Below are positions 19,604 through 29,500 of a stretch of 64,000 bases of DNA, piece after piece. The position numbers and the translations under genes were made by a program. The notes below the pieces were generated by a model, which was not told the DNA's origin, did no database searches, and saw only the letters and a program-made list of their open reading frames with translations. The DNA comes from an uncultured Clostridia bacterium (GTDB lineage Bacteria > Bacillota > Clostridia > TANB77 > CAG-508), in NCBI GenBank assembly GCA_948485625.1, contig CAOMRW010000002.1, forward strand, positions 4,452 through 68,451, written 5' to 3'. Positions within the stretch are counted from its first letter, which is position 1, and every line of letters begins with the position of its first letter.

Positions 19604-20611
19604 TTAGTACAAATAATTTTGTGGATTATAAGCCACTCCATTAACTCTAATCTCAAAATGCAAATGAGGACCTGTTGAATTACCAGTAGAACCCACAGCT
19701 GCTATAGTTTGTCCTTGTGATATAGTTTCACCAGTTGAAGCATATAATGCATTACAATGTCCATAATATGTCTGTACTCCATTACTATGTGTTATTACAA
19801 TCAATTTTCCATAAGAACCTTTCCAACCTGAAAATGTAACTGTTCCTGCTGCAGCAGCTTTCACTGGTGTTCCTGTTGAAGTTGCAATATCTAACCCTGT
19901 ATGAGCTGAACTTCTTATACTACTTCTTGACCCAAATCTAGAAGAAATTATTCCTGATACAGGTTTTATTAAAGAAACCCCTAAACTTACTTTATTGCTA
20001 GAAATATTTGTAGCAGTATTTACTGTTCCTGAAGAAGTTTTACTACTACTTTTTTTATTTGAAGCAACAACTACCTTTTTAGGTTCAACATATAACTTAG
20101 AAACAGCATCATCTGTTGAAGTCATTTCCTTTAATTCTGTTTCATACTTTTCAGCAATAGTTATATTCTCCATATTAGAACTTTTCTTTTCTTTTAATTT
20201 ATTAACAATACTCTCTGCCTCTGTAAAATTAGGAACATATATCTTCTCTTCTTGATTTTCTAAAATTGCATAATATCTATAATATGTAGTTCCATCAGAT
20301 TTTATTGTATCAAAAATTTTATTGTCATCAGAATCAACATCTTTTTTTAATAAACAAATATTATATTCTGGTAAACTATCAACTTGCACAAAAGCAGTAT
20401 TGTCACTTTCACCATTTTCAATATAATCATTTATTTGTGATTGTAATTTACTCTTATTATCAGTATACCCAACCATCTCACCATCAATACTCACACTATA
20501 ACTTACTTTATAAAAAGAAGCAATAAAACTTATTACAATCAATAATGATATAGAAATCAATATTATTAATTTTATTGACCTCCTTGTATGTATTAATACT
20601 TTTTTTAACAT
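19604..20611 (-). CDS. M23 family metallopeptidase (LytM-like), membrane anchored
   Basis: N-terminal TM. C-terminal M23 motifs HTGLDIA, YGHCNALY, GSTGNSTGPHLHFEI. Confidence 0.85.
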   Translation of the reverse strand: MLKKVLIHTRRSIKLIILISISLLIVISFIASFYKVSYSVSIDGEMVGYTDNKSKLQSQINDYIENGESDNTAFVQVDSLPEYNICLLKKDVDSDDNKIFDTIKSDGTTYYRYYAILENQEEKIYVPNFTEAESIVNKLKEKKSSNMENITIAEKYETELKEMTSTDDAVSKLYVEPKKVVVASNKKSSSKTSSGTVNTATNISSNKVSLGVSLIKPVSGIISSRFGSRSSIRSSAHTGLDIATSTGTPVKAAAAGTVTFSGWKGSYGKLIVITHSNGVQTYYGHCNALYASTGETISQGQTIAAVGSTGNSTGPHLHFEIRVNGVAYNPQNYLY

Positions 20612-20796
20612 TACAAATTCTCCTTATAATATTATAAAAATATATTATACTTTTTTTTAAAATTTTGCAAGAGGATGTACATTAATTTTCCGTAAGTTTT
20701 TTTATCTTTCTTCTATTAATCTCCTATTTATTAATTTTTTCTTTCAATTTCAAAATTTGCCAAAAGGAATCTAAATATTCCTTTTGGCAAATTTAA

Positions 20797-21042
20797 TTAT
20801 TGTTGTAATTCAGTTTTAACAGTTTCAACTTCAGTTGTAGTAGCTTTTTGAGCTGGCTTATAATACCCTTTGCTTTGAGCAATTTTAAAAAGCTCAAATT
20901 GAAAACTTTCATCACTATTTCTTATTTGTTGAAAAGTTTGTCTTAAATTCATATTCTCAGATTCTGATATAGCTGTTTGATATGCTGTCAAATCTGATTT
21001 TACCCCAGACAAAATATCATTTACCATAGTTTTCTCATCCAT
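20797..21042 (-). CDS. spore coat protein, Coat F domain family
   Basis: MVNDILSGVKSDLTAYQTAISESENMNLRQTFQQIRNSDESFQFELFKIAQSKGYY fits the Coat_F pattern (LNDLLs.EK....Y..AitEa..p.LRq.l........q.elf.ym.qkGwY). Confidence 0.55.
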   Translation of the reverse strand: MDEKTMVNDILSGVKSDLTAYQTAISESENMNLRQTFQQIRNSDESFQFELFKIAQSKGYYKPAQKATTTEVETVKTELQQ

Positions 21043-21059
21043 TATTTACTTCCTCCTAA

Positions 21060-21248
21060 TTAATTATTTAAAAACGACATTAATTTTTGTTTAGTATTTA
21101 AACTATCTTGAGCAGCCTTTGTAAATATCTGTTTAATTTGAGGATCAACTGCTTGAGCTGAATAAGTATTTAATTTTTGATATACTGTGTCATGTGCTCC
21201 TATTAAATGTCTTAAATGTTGTAATTCTAACTGATTTAAATCTGCCAT
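21060..21248 (-). CDS. small protein, possible second Coat F-like spore coat protein
   Basis: Likely start MADLNQLELQHLRHLIG at 21248 (track start 21278). Weak Coat_F-like pattern. Paired with the previous gene. Confidence 0.35.
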   Translation of the reverse strand: MADLNQLELQHLRHLIGAHDTVYQKLNTYSAQAVDPQIKQIFTKAAQDSLNTKQKLMSFLNN

Positions 21249-21534
21249 TTTTTTCCTTCCTTTCCTTTCAATCATCACAAAATAAAAACTTTCAATTTTT
21301 ATTTTGCAAATCTCTACGCTTCACTTCATTCATCGTCATACAAAAAATTTTCTAGTTTTCTATATATTAAATGTATTTACTCTTTCTAACTAGTTATTAG
21401 TAACATTCTTTAATTTTTAATCTGACAAATCTTATGAGTTATTCTCTATTTAATATTTACACTTTTCTATTTTTTATACATCATTAAATATAATTTAAAT
21501 TTCATTTTTTCAAAAATATGATTAATATACATGA

Positions 21535-21565
21535 CAAAAAAAGCGACAATTTGTCGCTTTTTTAT
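21535..21565 (-). terminator. intrinsic terminator after pcrA (bidirectional)
   Basis: aaaaa-agcgacaa-ttt-gtcgct-tttttt: GC stem flanked by an A-run and a T-run. Confidence 0.6.
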
Positions 21566-21593
21566 ATCCTTTGAAAGTCATATAGTAAACTCG

Positions 21594-23909
21594 TTATATA
21601 ATCTCTAAATTAGCAAACTTAGCCATTAATCTTTTATGTCCAACCTTATCAAAATTAATATCAACTTTTAAGTCATCTCCCTCAGGCTCTACATTACTAA
21701 TAGTACCCTCACCGAACTTCTTATGGAATACTCTAACACCTGAATCATATTTAGATAAATCTACATTACTTCCCAAAGATTTCTTGTTCAAATTATTTAA
21801 GAAACTCTCTGCTGTTCTAAACATAAATCCATTACTATTTGAATTTGAAGATGCTGCGCTCATTGCTGGCTCTTTACTATCAATTTTATATGTCTTAATA
21901 TTTCCATTATCTTTACTACCATATGTCCAACTATATTTTGAATCTCCGAAAATCCTATTAGACTCTTGCTTTTCTCCTAATGCTTCATCATAACCATCTA
22001 ACAATTCACATGGAATTTCCTTTAAAAATCTAGAAACTTGATTACAACTTGTAGAACCAAAAATTGTCCTTTGCTTACTACATGTTAAAAATAAATTCTC
22101 TTTTGCTCTTGTAATTCCAACATAGCATAATCTTCTTTCTTCTTCTAGCTCTTTTGGTTCAGAAATTGATTTATACCCTGGAAAAATTCCCTCTTCCATT
22201 CCAACTAAAAATACAACTGGGAATTCCAAGCCTTTTGCACTATGTAACGTCATAAGAGTAACTGTATCTTCAGTTTCCTCCAAATTATCAATATCACTAG
22301 ATAATGTTATTCCCTCTAAGAAATCACTTAACTTGTTATCAGCAGATTCCTCCTCAAATTCTATAGCAACAGTTAAAAATTCATCTAAATTCTCTATTCT
22401 ATTTTCTGCTTCTATAGTATTTTCATTTTCTAAAGCTTTTGTATATCCTGATTTTTTAAGAGTTTCTTTAATTAATTCAGAAATTTGCATATCATCTTTC
22501 TTTGCTCGTAACTCTTCTATAGCATTTATAAATTCTCTTGAATTCATAAATACTCTATTTAAACCATATTGGTCTGCATGTTCTATAATTTCATACATAG
22601 AAATACCACTAGTATTTGAAATCTCTTCAATTTTATCTAAACTCGTTTTTCCAATTCCTCTTTTAGGTTCATTTATTACTCTTTTTAAACTTAAATTATC
22701 TGATGGATTTTGTATCAATCTTAAATATGAAATAATATCTTTAATTTCTTTTCTTTCATAGAATTTAAGACCACCTATAATTTTATAAGCAATATTTTCT
22801 CTCCTTAAAATATCTTCTATAGCTCTTGATTGTGTATTCATTCTATAAAGAATAGCAAAATCTGAATACTTATAATATTCTTCTCTTCTTAAATGTTCAA
22901 TTTGTTCAGCAATATATGTTCCCTCATCATATTCATTACCTGCAGAATATACTTTTGGTAAATTCCCAACATCATTTTGTGTCCATAATTCTTTTTTATA
23001 TGTAACTTCATTATTTTTTATTACGGAATTGGCAGCTTTTAGTATATTTCCTGTACATCTATAATTTTGCTCCAATTTAATTATTTTAGTTCCTGGAAAA
23101 TCTCTTTCAAAATTTAAGATATTTGAGATATCTGCCCCTCTAAAACTATAAATTCCTTGGTCATTATCACCAACAACAGTTATATTTCCATTTTTAGAAG
23201 CAAGCATTGTAACTAATGTAAATTGTGCTTTATTAGTATCTTGATACTCATCAACTAAAACATATTTAAATTTATCTGAATAATAGTCTAATACATCTGG
23301 ATTCTCCATTAAAATTTTAATTGTATAATTTATAATATCATCAAAATCTATAGCATTATTTTCTTTCAATCTTTTTTGATACAACTCATAAACTAATGCA
23401 ATTTTCTCTTTTCTAAAATCACCATTCGCTCTAACAGCATATTGTTCAGGCTCTAGCATTTCATTTTTTGCATTACTTATTTCTGATAAAACAGATCTAT
23501 CTGTAAACATTTTATCATCTAATCCAATACTTTTTATACAAGCCTTTATTAATGTTCTTTGGTCAGATGTATCAAATATTATAAAAGAAGAATCAAATCC
23601 TATTCTGTCTATAAATCTTCTTAAAATACGTACACATATTGAATGGAAAGTTCCCATCCATATATCTTTAGCAACATCTCCTACTAAATTTGCAATTCTC
23701 TCTTTCATTTCATTTGCAGCCTTATTTGTAAATGTTATTGCTAATATATTCCAAGGCAATACTCCTTTTTCTCCTATTAAATAAGCAATTTTATGTGTTA
23801 ATACTTTTGTTTTTCCACTTCCTGCTCCAGCAATTACTAAACATGGCCCTTCTGTATTTACTACAGCCTCATATTGTTTATCATTTAATCCATTTAATAA
23901 ATCTTGCAT
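21594..23909 (-). CDS. pcrA: ATP-dependent DNA helicase PcrA (UvrD family)
   Basis: Walker A AGAGSGKT, motifs VDEYQDTN and FHSICVR, C-terminal Tudor-like tail. 771 aa. Confidence 0.9.
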   Translation of the reverse strand: MQDLLNGLNDKQYEAVVNTEGPCLVIAGAGSGKTKVLTHKIAYLIGEKGVLPWNILAITFTNKAANEMKERIANLVGDVAKDIWMGTFHSICVRILRRFIDRIGFDSSFIIFDTSDQRTLIKACIKSIGLDDKMFTDRSVLSEISNAKNEMLEPEQYAVRANGDFRKEKIALVYELYQKRLKENNAIDFDDIINYTIKILMENPDVLDYYSDKFKYVLVDEYQDTNKAQFTLVTMLASKNGNITVVGDNDQGIYSFRGADISNILNFERDFPGTKIIKLEQNYRCTGNILKAANSVIKNNEVTYKKELWTQNDVGNLPKVYSAGNEYDEGTYIAEQIEHLRREEYYKYSDFAILYRMNTQSRAIEDILRRENIAYKIIGGLKFYERKEIKDIISYLRLIQNPSDNLSLKRVINEPKRGIGKTSLDKIEEISNTSGISMYEIIEHADQYGLNRVFMNSREFINAIEELRAKKDDMQISELIKETLKKSGYTKALENENTIEAENRIENLDEFLTVAIEFEEESADNKLSDFLEGITLSSDIDNLEETEDTVTLMTLHSAKGLEFPVVFLVGMEEGIFPGYKSISEPKELEEERRLCYVGITRAKENLFLTCSKQRTIFGSTSCNQVSRFLKEIPCELLDGYDEALGEKQESNRIFGDSKYSWTYGSKDNGNIKTYKIDSKEPAMSAASSNSNSNGFMFRTAESFLNNLNKKSLGSNVDLSKYDSGVRVFHKKFGEGTISNVEPEGDDLKVDINFDKVGHKRLMAKFANLEII

Positions 23910-24225
23910 CTTATTCTCCTATTCTATTTAACTTTTATTTTTTATACTATAATAATTCAAAAATTTTCATTTTCCATTATATATTTTCAAACCATAAAAG
24001 TCAAGAAAACACAAAAACTTTTTCAAACATTTTTTCGTCATACATTATAATTCAAAAGCAACCTAATATCTACTAATATAGAGTAGTTGAAATATCCCAT
24101 AAAAATTAAAAAACTAATTTCACTCCACTCTCTTCTAATAACCAAAAATCATCCATCATTAATTGACATAATGTTTTTTATATGATACAATAATAAACAT
24201 AAAAAATTAGAAAGGTGGTTTATAT

Positions 24226-24555
24226 ATGAAACGGATTGAGACTGACAATTTTATATTAACCCAAAGCATAGTTGATTCAAATGGTGATAGCACATGGCTT
24301 GTTACTAGAAAAAAGAATTCAAGAATATTTTATATTCATGTATTTGATGTAAATCATATAAATATTAAGTTCTTCAATTTTATACAAAGTCCAAGTGAAG
24401 CCATCACTGCATTATGCAAGCACATTGTATCAGAAACTGGTAAAACTCCTTATATAAATATTCATTACACTAATAAGGATTTAATTATAGCTTGCCAAAA
24501 AGCAGGTTTCCGGAAAGTAAAAAATATAAAACATCTATATAGATTTAAAATTTAA
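24226..24555 (+). CDS. hypothetical protein
   Basis: ATG 24226 behind AAAGGTGG. No recognisable domain. Confidence 0.45.
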   Translation: MKRIETDNFILTQSIVDSNGDSTWLVTRKKNSRIFYIHVFDVNHINIKFFNFIQSPSEAITALCKHIVSETGKTPYINIHYTNKDLIIACQKAGFRKVKNIKHLYRFKI

Positions 24556-24577
24556 AATTAATTTTAAATTTAAAACT

Positions 24578-24620
24578 CCCCCTAAAGTAAAATCAAAATA
24601 TTACTTTAGGGGGTCTTTAT
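24578..24620 (+). terminator. intrinsic terminator
   Basis: ccccctaaagtaa / ttactttaggggg 13-bp stem, then T-rich tail. Confidence 0.5.
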
Positions 24621-24924
24621 AAAGAAATTTAAAAAACTCACAATTAAAAATAAGCATATATTTTTCTAATTAAAATAAAAGTGCAGATTTTTATAGTTAT
24701 CTATATAGTAGAACTTTATTTTTATCATCTAAATTAACAATCTTATATATCTAAACTCTCCTTTCGACTATTTTAACTTTCAATATTATTATAGTCGAAA
24801 GAATTATCTTTTATAAATAAAATCATTCAAAATCATAAGAACTCATTTATAAATTGCAAATCACACACAACTTAAAATCCCTTAATATAGAGTAGTTGAA
24901 ATTGTAAATATATCCACTACAATA

Positions 24925-25671
24925 TTATATCTTAGTCGCAAAAATCCCAAGAATAAAACCAATCATATTACCAATAGCTGACATTCTCCCTCTATACAAT
25001 TTATTAGATTCAGGTATCAATTCTCCAGACACAATATATAACATTGCACCAGCCGCAAAACTTAAACAAATAGCAATTACAGATTCAGATATAGCTCCTA
25101 TAATAGCACCAAAAAAAGCACCTATTCCAGTAGTTATTCCAGATAATAAAACATAAAAAATAACTCTTGATTTTTTCATTCCACCATTTTTCATAGGAAC
25201 AGCCATTGATATCCCCTCTGGTATATCATGCAAACAAATTGCTATTGCTAAACCCAATCCTAATTTCAATGAAGCCTCAAATCCAGACCCAATAGCCAAT
25301 CCCTCTGGAAAATTATGAATAGCCAAACCAATAGAAACAATTATTCCTGTTCTTAATAAATCATTTTTACTACTATATTCTTTTTCTTTTTTACTAAACT
25401 TTTTCTGAACTACAATATCACAAAAAATCATTGATATAATTCCAATAAATATTCCAAAAATTATACTATAAATACTACTTATTCCTAATGCCTCTGGAAT
25501 CAAATCAAAACATATAATAGCCATCATTAATCCTGATGCAAAAGATAATATAAAACTTAAAAATTTATTCGAATTTTTTTTAATAACTATTCCTAATATA
25601 CCACCCAATGTAGTACCAAATGTACCAAAAAATAACCCAAGTAATGTTGTTTTTAAAATCTCATTCATCAA
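24925..25671 (-). CDS. zupT: ZIP family divalent metal (zinc) transporter
   Basis: Eight TM segments. Signature HNFPEGLAIG and DIPEG motifs. Confidence 0.85.
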   Translation of the reverse strand: MMNEILKTTLLGLFFGTFGTTLGGILGIVIKKNSNKFLSFILSFASGLMMAIICFDLIPEALGISSIYSIIFGIFIGIISMIFCDIVVQKKFSKKEKEYSSKNDLLRTGIIVSIGLAIHNFPEGLAIGSGFEASLKLGLGLAIAICLHDIPEGISMAVPMKNGGMKKSRVIFYVLLSGITTGIGAFFGAIIGAISESVIAICLSFAAGAMLYIVSGELIPESNKLYRGRMSAIGNMIGFILGIFATKI

Positions 25672-25722
25672 AAAACTCCTTAAAATATACTTTACATTAA
25701 GTATATTCTAAGGATAATATTT

Positions 25723-26784
25723 TTATTCTTCATCACCTTTTAATCTTTCAGCTCTATCGGCAGCAATTAAATTATCAACCATTTCATCAATATTTCCATT
25801 TAAGAAGTTCTCCATTTGATAAATGCTCATACCAATTCTATGGTCTGTAATTCTACCTTGAGGATAATTATAAGTTCTAATCTTCTCACTTCTATCTCCA
25901 GAACCAACTTGTGATTTTCTTGCATTTGCAACTTCACTATCTTGCTTTTGCTTTTCGATTTCATAAAGCTTTGTTCTAAGCATTCTCATTGCATTATCTT
26001 TATTTTGGAATTGAGACCTTTCAGTCTGACATTCAACAACGATTCCTGTTGGTTCATGTATAAGTCTTACGGCTGATGATGTTTTATTAATATGTTGTCC
26101 TCCAGCACCTGAAGCACGGAAAACCTCCATTTTTATATCAGATGGGTTTATTTCAATCTCAACATCTTCGACAACTGGAAGTACTGCAACCGTAGCAGTT
26201 GAAGTATGAATTCTACCACTACTTTCTGTATCAGGAACTCTTTGTACTCTGTGTACTCCACTCTCAAATTTTAATCTACTATATACACCTTTTCCTGTAA
26301 CCATAAAAGTTATTTCTTTGTATCCACCAAGACCTGTTTCATTTTCATTTAAAACATCTACTTTCCAATGTTTTGTTTCAGCATACATAGTATACATTCT
26401 AAATAATGTTCCAGCAAATAATGCAGCCTCTTCTCCTCCAGCACCAGCTCTAATTTCACATATAATATTTTTATCATCATCTGGATCTTTTGGAATTAAT
26501 AAAAATTTTAATTCTTCTTCTATTTTAGGCAACTTTTCTTTTGACTCATAATATTCCATTTCAGCTAATTCTTTTAATTCTTTGTCTTCCATCATCTCTT
26601 TAGCTTCATCCATTGATTCTTTTACTTTTTTATATTCTCTAAATTTCAAAACTATATCTTCTATACTTGCATGTTCTTTCATCAATTTTTGCCATTCTGC
26701 TTGATTTGATATTACTTCTGGGTCACTAATCATTTTTGTTAACTCATCATATCTCTTTTCAACTGCTTCCAATTTTTCAAACAT
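25723..26784 (-). CDS. prfA: peptide chain release factor 1
   Basis: GGQ motif [11 protein letters not shown] and RF1-type domain 2/4 ([13 protein letters not shown]). Real start [15 protein letters not shown] at 26784 behind GAGGGGAG RBS. The tripeptide-anticodon position reads PDT (26227..26235) rather than the usual PAT/PVT. Confidence 0.9.
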   Translation of the reverse strand: MFEKLEAVEKRYDELTKMISDPEVISNQAEWQKLMKEHASIEDIVLKFREYKKVKESMDEAKEMMEDKELKELAEMEYYESKEKLPKIEEELKFLLIPKDPDDDKNIICEIRAGAGGEEAALFAGTLFRMYTMYAETKHWKVDVLNENETGLGGYKEITFMVTGKGVYSRLKFESGVHRVQRVPDTESSGRIHTSTATVAVLPVVEDVEIEINPSDIKMEVFRASGAGGQHINKTSSAVRLIHEPTGIVVECQTERSQFQNKDNAMRMLRTKLYEIEKQKQDSEVANARKSQVGSGDRSEKIRTYNYPQGRITDHRIGMSIYQMENFLNGNIDEMVDNLIAADRAERLKGDEE

Positions 26785-26816
26785 AAATATTCTCCCCTCA
26801 TTATAAATCACTTTTA

Positions 26817-26845
26817 TATTATACACTATATTTGTTACATTTACA
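26817..26845 (-). promoter_or_regulatory. sigma-70-type promoter for prfA
   Basis: Minus strand reads TTGTAA - 17 nt - TGTATAAT (extended -10). Confidence 0.45.
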
Positions 26846-27002
26846 AGCAAAATTTTAAGACATAAATAAATTTATTTAAGTTCACATATTAATTAATATA
26901 GAGTAGTTGAAATTATAAATATATAAATAAAATCATTTTATCCAAATGTGATTAAGCAAATCTAAAAAGCTCTAAAATATTACTTCAAAAACATTACACA
27001 TA

Positions 27003-27036
27003 GAAAAACCTCACTCTTCAAAAAGAAAAGTGAGGT
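27003..27036 (-). terminator. intrinsic terminator after the 27048 gene
   Basis: cctcac-ttttctttttgaaga-gtgagg followed by ttttt on the minus strand. Confidence 0.55.
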
Positions 27037-27047
27037 AAATGACTTAA

Positions 27048-27410
27048 CTATTTTAATATCTCTGTTAAAGCACTTTCATATTCTGGAATAATAGTATCAA
27101 ATGGAGAAATAATCTTTCCAAACTCTTCCAGAAATATCTCTCTAATCTGGGCAAAATATTTTTCAAGTGCCATACCTAATTCAAAATCAGTATAATCGGA
27201 AATACTTCTAGAATTAAGTTTACGTTCTTCCAAATCCAAACGCTTTACTCTTGGTCTTAGAACTTGAATCCATTGTTTTCTTGGGCATTCATCTCTTGTT
27301 GCAAAAAGCTCTGGAAACATGAGTCCTGAATAGAAAATATCTATTTTCTCTAAGAGCTCTTTCTGTAACCCTATAAGCTTTTGGATTTGTTCATCAGTCA
27401 ATTTTTTCAT
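27048..27410 (-). CDS. hypothetical protein downstream of yhaN-like gene
   Basis: Probable start MKKLTDEQ at 27410 behind GGAGGA. No recognised domain. Confidence 0.45.
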   Translation of the reverse strand: MKKLTDEQIQKLIGLQKELLEKIDIFYSGLMFPELFATRDECPRKQWIQVLRPRVKRLDLEERKLNSRSISDYTDFELGMALEKYFAQIREIFLEEFGKIISPFDTIIPEYESALTEILK

Positions 27411-27474
27411 ATCTTTCCTCCATATCAATAAAGAAAATATTTATATTAGCGTCAATTACAATTATATATCAACT

Positions 27475-29451
27475 TTACATAATTGTCAAATTATAATTTA
27501 TTTTAGCCTCATCCAAAATATCTTTTTCTCTATTAGTACAAGTAAAAATAATTATCTGCCTATTCTTAAATTCACTACTCAAATACATTAAAATATTCCT
27601 TAATCTCTCATCATCATAAAAAGCAAAAGCCTCATCTAATAAAATTGGTACTTTTTCATCTGACATCTCATCTATCATAGAAAGTCTTAATGACAAATAT
27701 AATTGGTCAATTGTTCCTATACTTAATCTATTAGCAGAAACATAGTCTCCACTTTCTAGTTCAACAATTAACCCTTCTGCCTCATTAAACATAACTTTAG
27801 TATATTTTTTATCTGTAATCTCAGAAATATTATTAGACAAATTCTCTGTAAACTTAGGGGCAACTAAATTCTTCATATTTTCATAAGCTGAATTCAAAAC
27901 ATCTTTTGCTAAATTCATACTTAAATCTAACTTTTTTAAAGTTAACATTCTTTCATTATTGTTAACTAATTCTTCTTCTATTTTTGCAAGATTATCCAAT
28001 TGAGGTTCTATATTTTTTTTATCCAAATTTAAAGAATGTAATCTTAATTTTTTATCATTTATCAATTTTTGAATTTTTTCAATTTCAAAATTTATATTTT
28101 CTAAATTATTTAAATTAATAAAATTATTTATTTTATTTTTTTCTAATTTATTTAAATAATTATTTTTTATTTTTTCTTTTTCCAAATTTATTTTTAAATT
28201 AAAATTATTTTTTAATTTATTTAATTCTTCATTTAAATTATTTAAATTATTTTCTATTAATTTTTTTTCATTTTTTAAATTAATTAATTCTAAATTAATT
28301 TTATCAAAATTATTTTTTTCTATTTTTTCTTTATTTTTTATTTTTTTATTTTGATGGTTTATAAAAAATAAATAAAAAATTAAAAACGTTGGTACTGTAA
28401 GGAGAAAAATATATCTAAAAATATTATTTTTTATAAAAATAAATTGAAAAATATTAATTAAAATTAATAAAATAAAAATAATATTTAATTTATTTATTTT
28501 TTTATTATTTATTTTATTTTTATTATTTTTTATTTTTTTATTTTTTAAATTATTTTCAGAATATTTTTCGAAAATATTTTGATTATTATTTTTTAATTCA
28601 TTTATTTTATTATTTAATAAATTTATTTTTTCTAAATTATCATTTTTTATATTTTCTTTTATTTTTATTTTTTCATTTTCTATTTTTTCATTTTCATTTA
28701 ATAATTTTATTTCTTTTAAAAAACTATTTTCATTTTCTAAATTTAAAATTTCTTCATTTAAATTATTTTCTTCATTTTCAAATTCATATCTAAAATTTTT
28801 ATATTTTTCTAATTCCTCTTTTTCTTCTTGCAAATTATTTATATTTCTAGCAATTATATTAATTGGCTTTTCCCTAGACCTTTCAGTCCCAACCTCATCT
28901 AATTGTCTTCTATTTATTCTATCAATTACCCTTTTAAAAGAAACACTATCATCACCTGTCTGTGCTAAATTCGCAATTTTCTGAATTAAAAAGTTTTGTT
29001 CTTGATTTTGTAATTTTACTTCATTTTGATTTATTGCAAGAGTCGATAAAAATAAATCTTCATCTATTTTAGTTTGTTCATAAAAGAATTCATTTCCCTT
29101 ATTTTTATCAATATTAAACTCCTTAGAAATATCCTCCATATTTTCATTAAATATCTTAGGATTCTTCTTATTAAAATCCCTATAAATTTCATATTTATTA
29201 TTATTATCTAATTGATATTCCACTTTCCCAGAAAAATCCTCACCACTCCAAGGCTTATATCTATCATAATCTGAAAAGTCTTTACCTCTCTTATTTTTAG
29301 AAATACCATAAAAAGTATTAATCATAAAATTTATTAGAGTAGATTTTCCAGCTTCGTTTTTTCCATAAATGATATTTATTCCATCTTCTAATTTAATTTC
29401 TTTATTCCTTAATTTTCCATAAGAATTAATCATTAATTTATTTATCTTCAA
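27475..29451 (-). CDS. yhaN: SbcC-family AAA ATPase with membrane-spanning insert (YhaN-like)
   Basis: Walker A GKNEAGKST at the N-terminus. C-terminal Walker B/D-loop ILLDEAFAFYDDERL. Central part is extreme N/K/I/E low-complexity coiled coil with a hydrophobic hairpin (IIFILLILINIFQFIF...YIFLLTVPTFLIFYLFFI), as in B. subtilis YhaN. Paired with a YhaO-like nuclease. Confidence 0.75.
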   Translation of the reverse strand: MKINKLMINSYGKLRNKEIKLEDGINIIYGKNEAGKSTLINFMINTFYGISKNKRGKDFSDYDRYKPWSGEDFSGKVEYQLDNNNKYEIYRDFNKKNPKIFNENMEDISKEFNIDKNKGNEFFYEQTKIDEDLFLSTLAINQNEVKLQNQEQNFLIQKIANLAQTGDDSVSFKRVIDRINRRQLDEVGTERSREKPINIIARNINNLQEEKEELEKYKNFRYEFENEENNLNEEILNLENENSFLKEIKLLNENEKIENEKIKIKENIKNDNLEKINLLNNKINELKNNNQNIFEKYSENNLKNKKIKNNKNKINNKKINKLNIIFILLILINIFQFIFIKNNIFRYIFLLTVPTFLIFYLFFINHQNKKIKNKEKIEKNNFDKINLELINLKNEKKLIENNLNNLNEELNKLKNNFNLKINLEKEKIKNNYLNKLEKNKINNFINLNNLENINFEIEKIQKLINDKKLRLHSLNLDKKNIEPQLDNLAKIEEELVNNNERMLTLKKLDLSMNLAKDVLNSAYENMKNLVAPKFTENLSNNISEITDKKYTKVMFNEAEGLIVELESGDYVSANRLSIGTIDQLYLSLRLSMIDEMSDEKVPILLDEAFAFYDDERLRNILMYLSSEFKNRQIIIFTCTNREKDILDEAKINYNLTIM

Positions 29452-29500
29452 ATCTTTATCCTCCTAAACTGTTTTTTTCCTCCGTCCCCAAAAACAGTTT

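Noticed and set aside
24760-24801. 11-bp perfect inverted repeat ctttcgactat...atagtcgaaag with a 20-nt loop between the convergent 24226 and ZIP genes
   Set aside because: Lies between two convergent 3' ends. Most simply an additional terminator or RNA-stabilising hairpin. No flanking conserved motif suggests a riboswitch or operator.
24072-26912. Interpreting the 19-nt repeat as a sporulation sigma-factor or Spo0A/CodY/Fur-family binding site
   Set aside because: The sequence does not match known consensus boxes (0A box TGTCGAA, CodY AATTTTCWGAAAATT, Zur/PerR/Fur palindromes). Its position relative to neighbouring genes is inconsistent. Kept as a repeat of unknown function.
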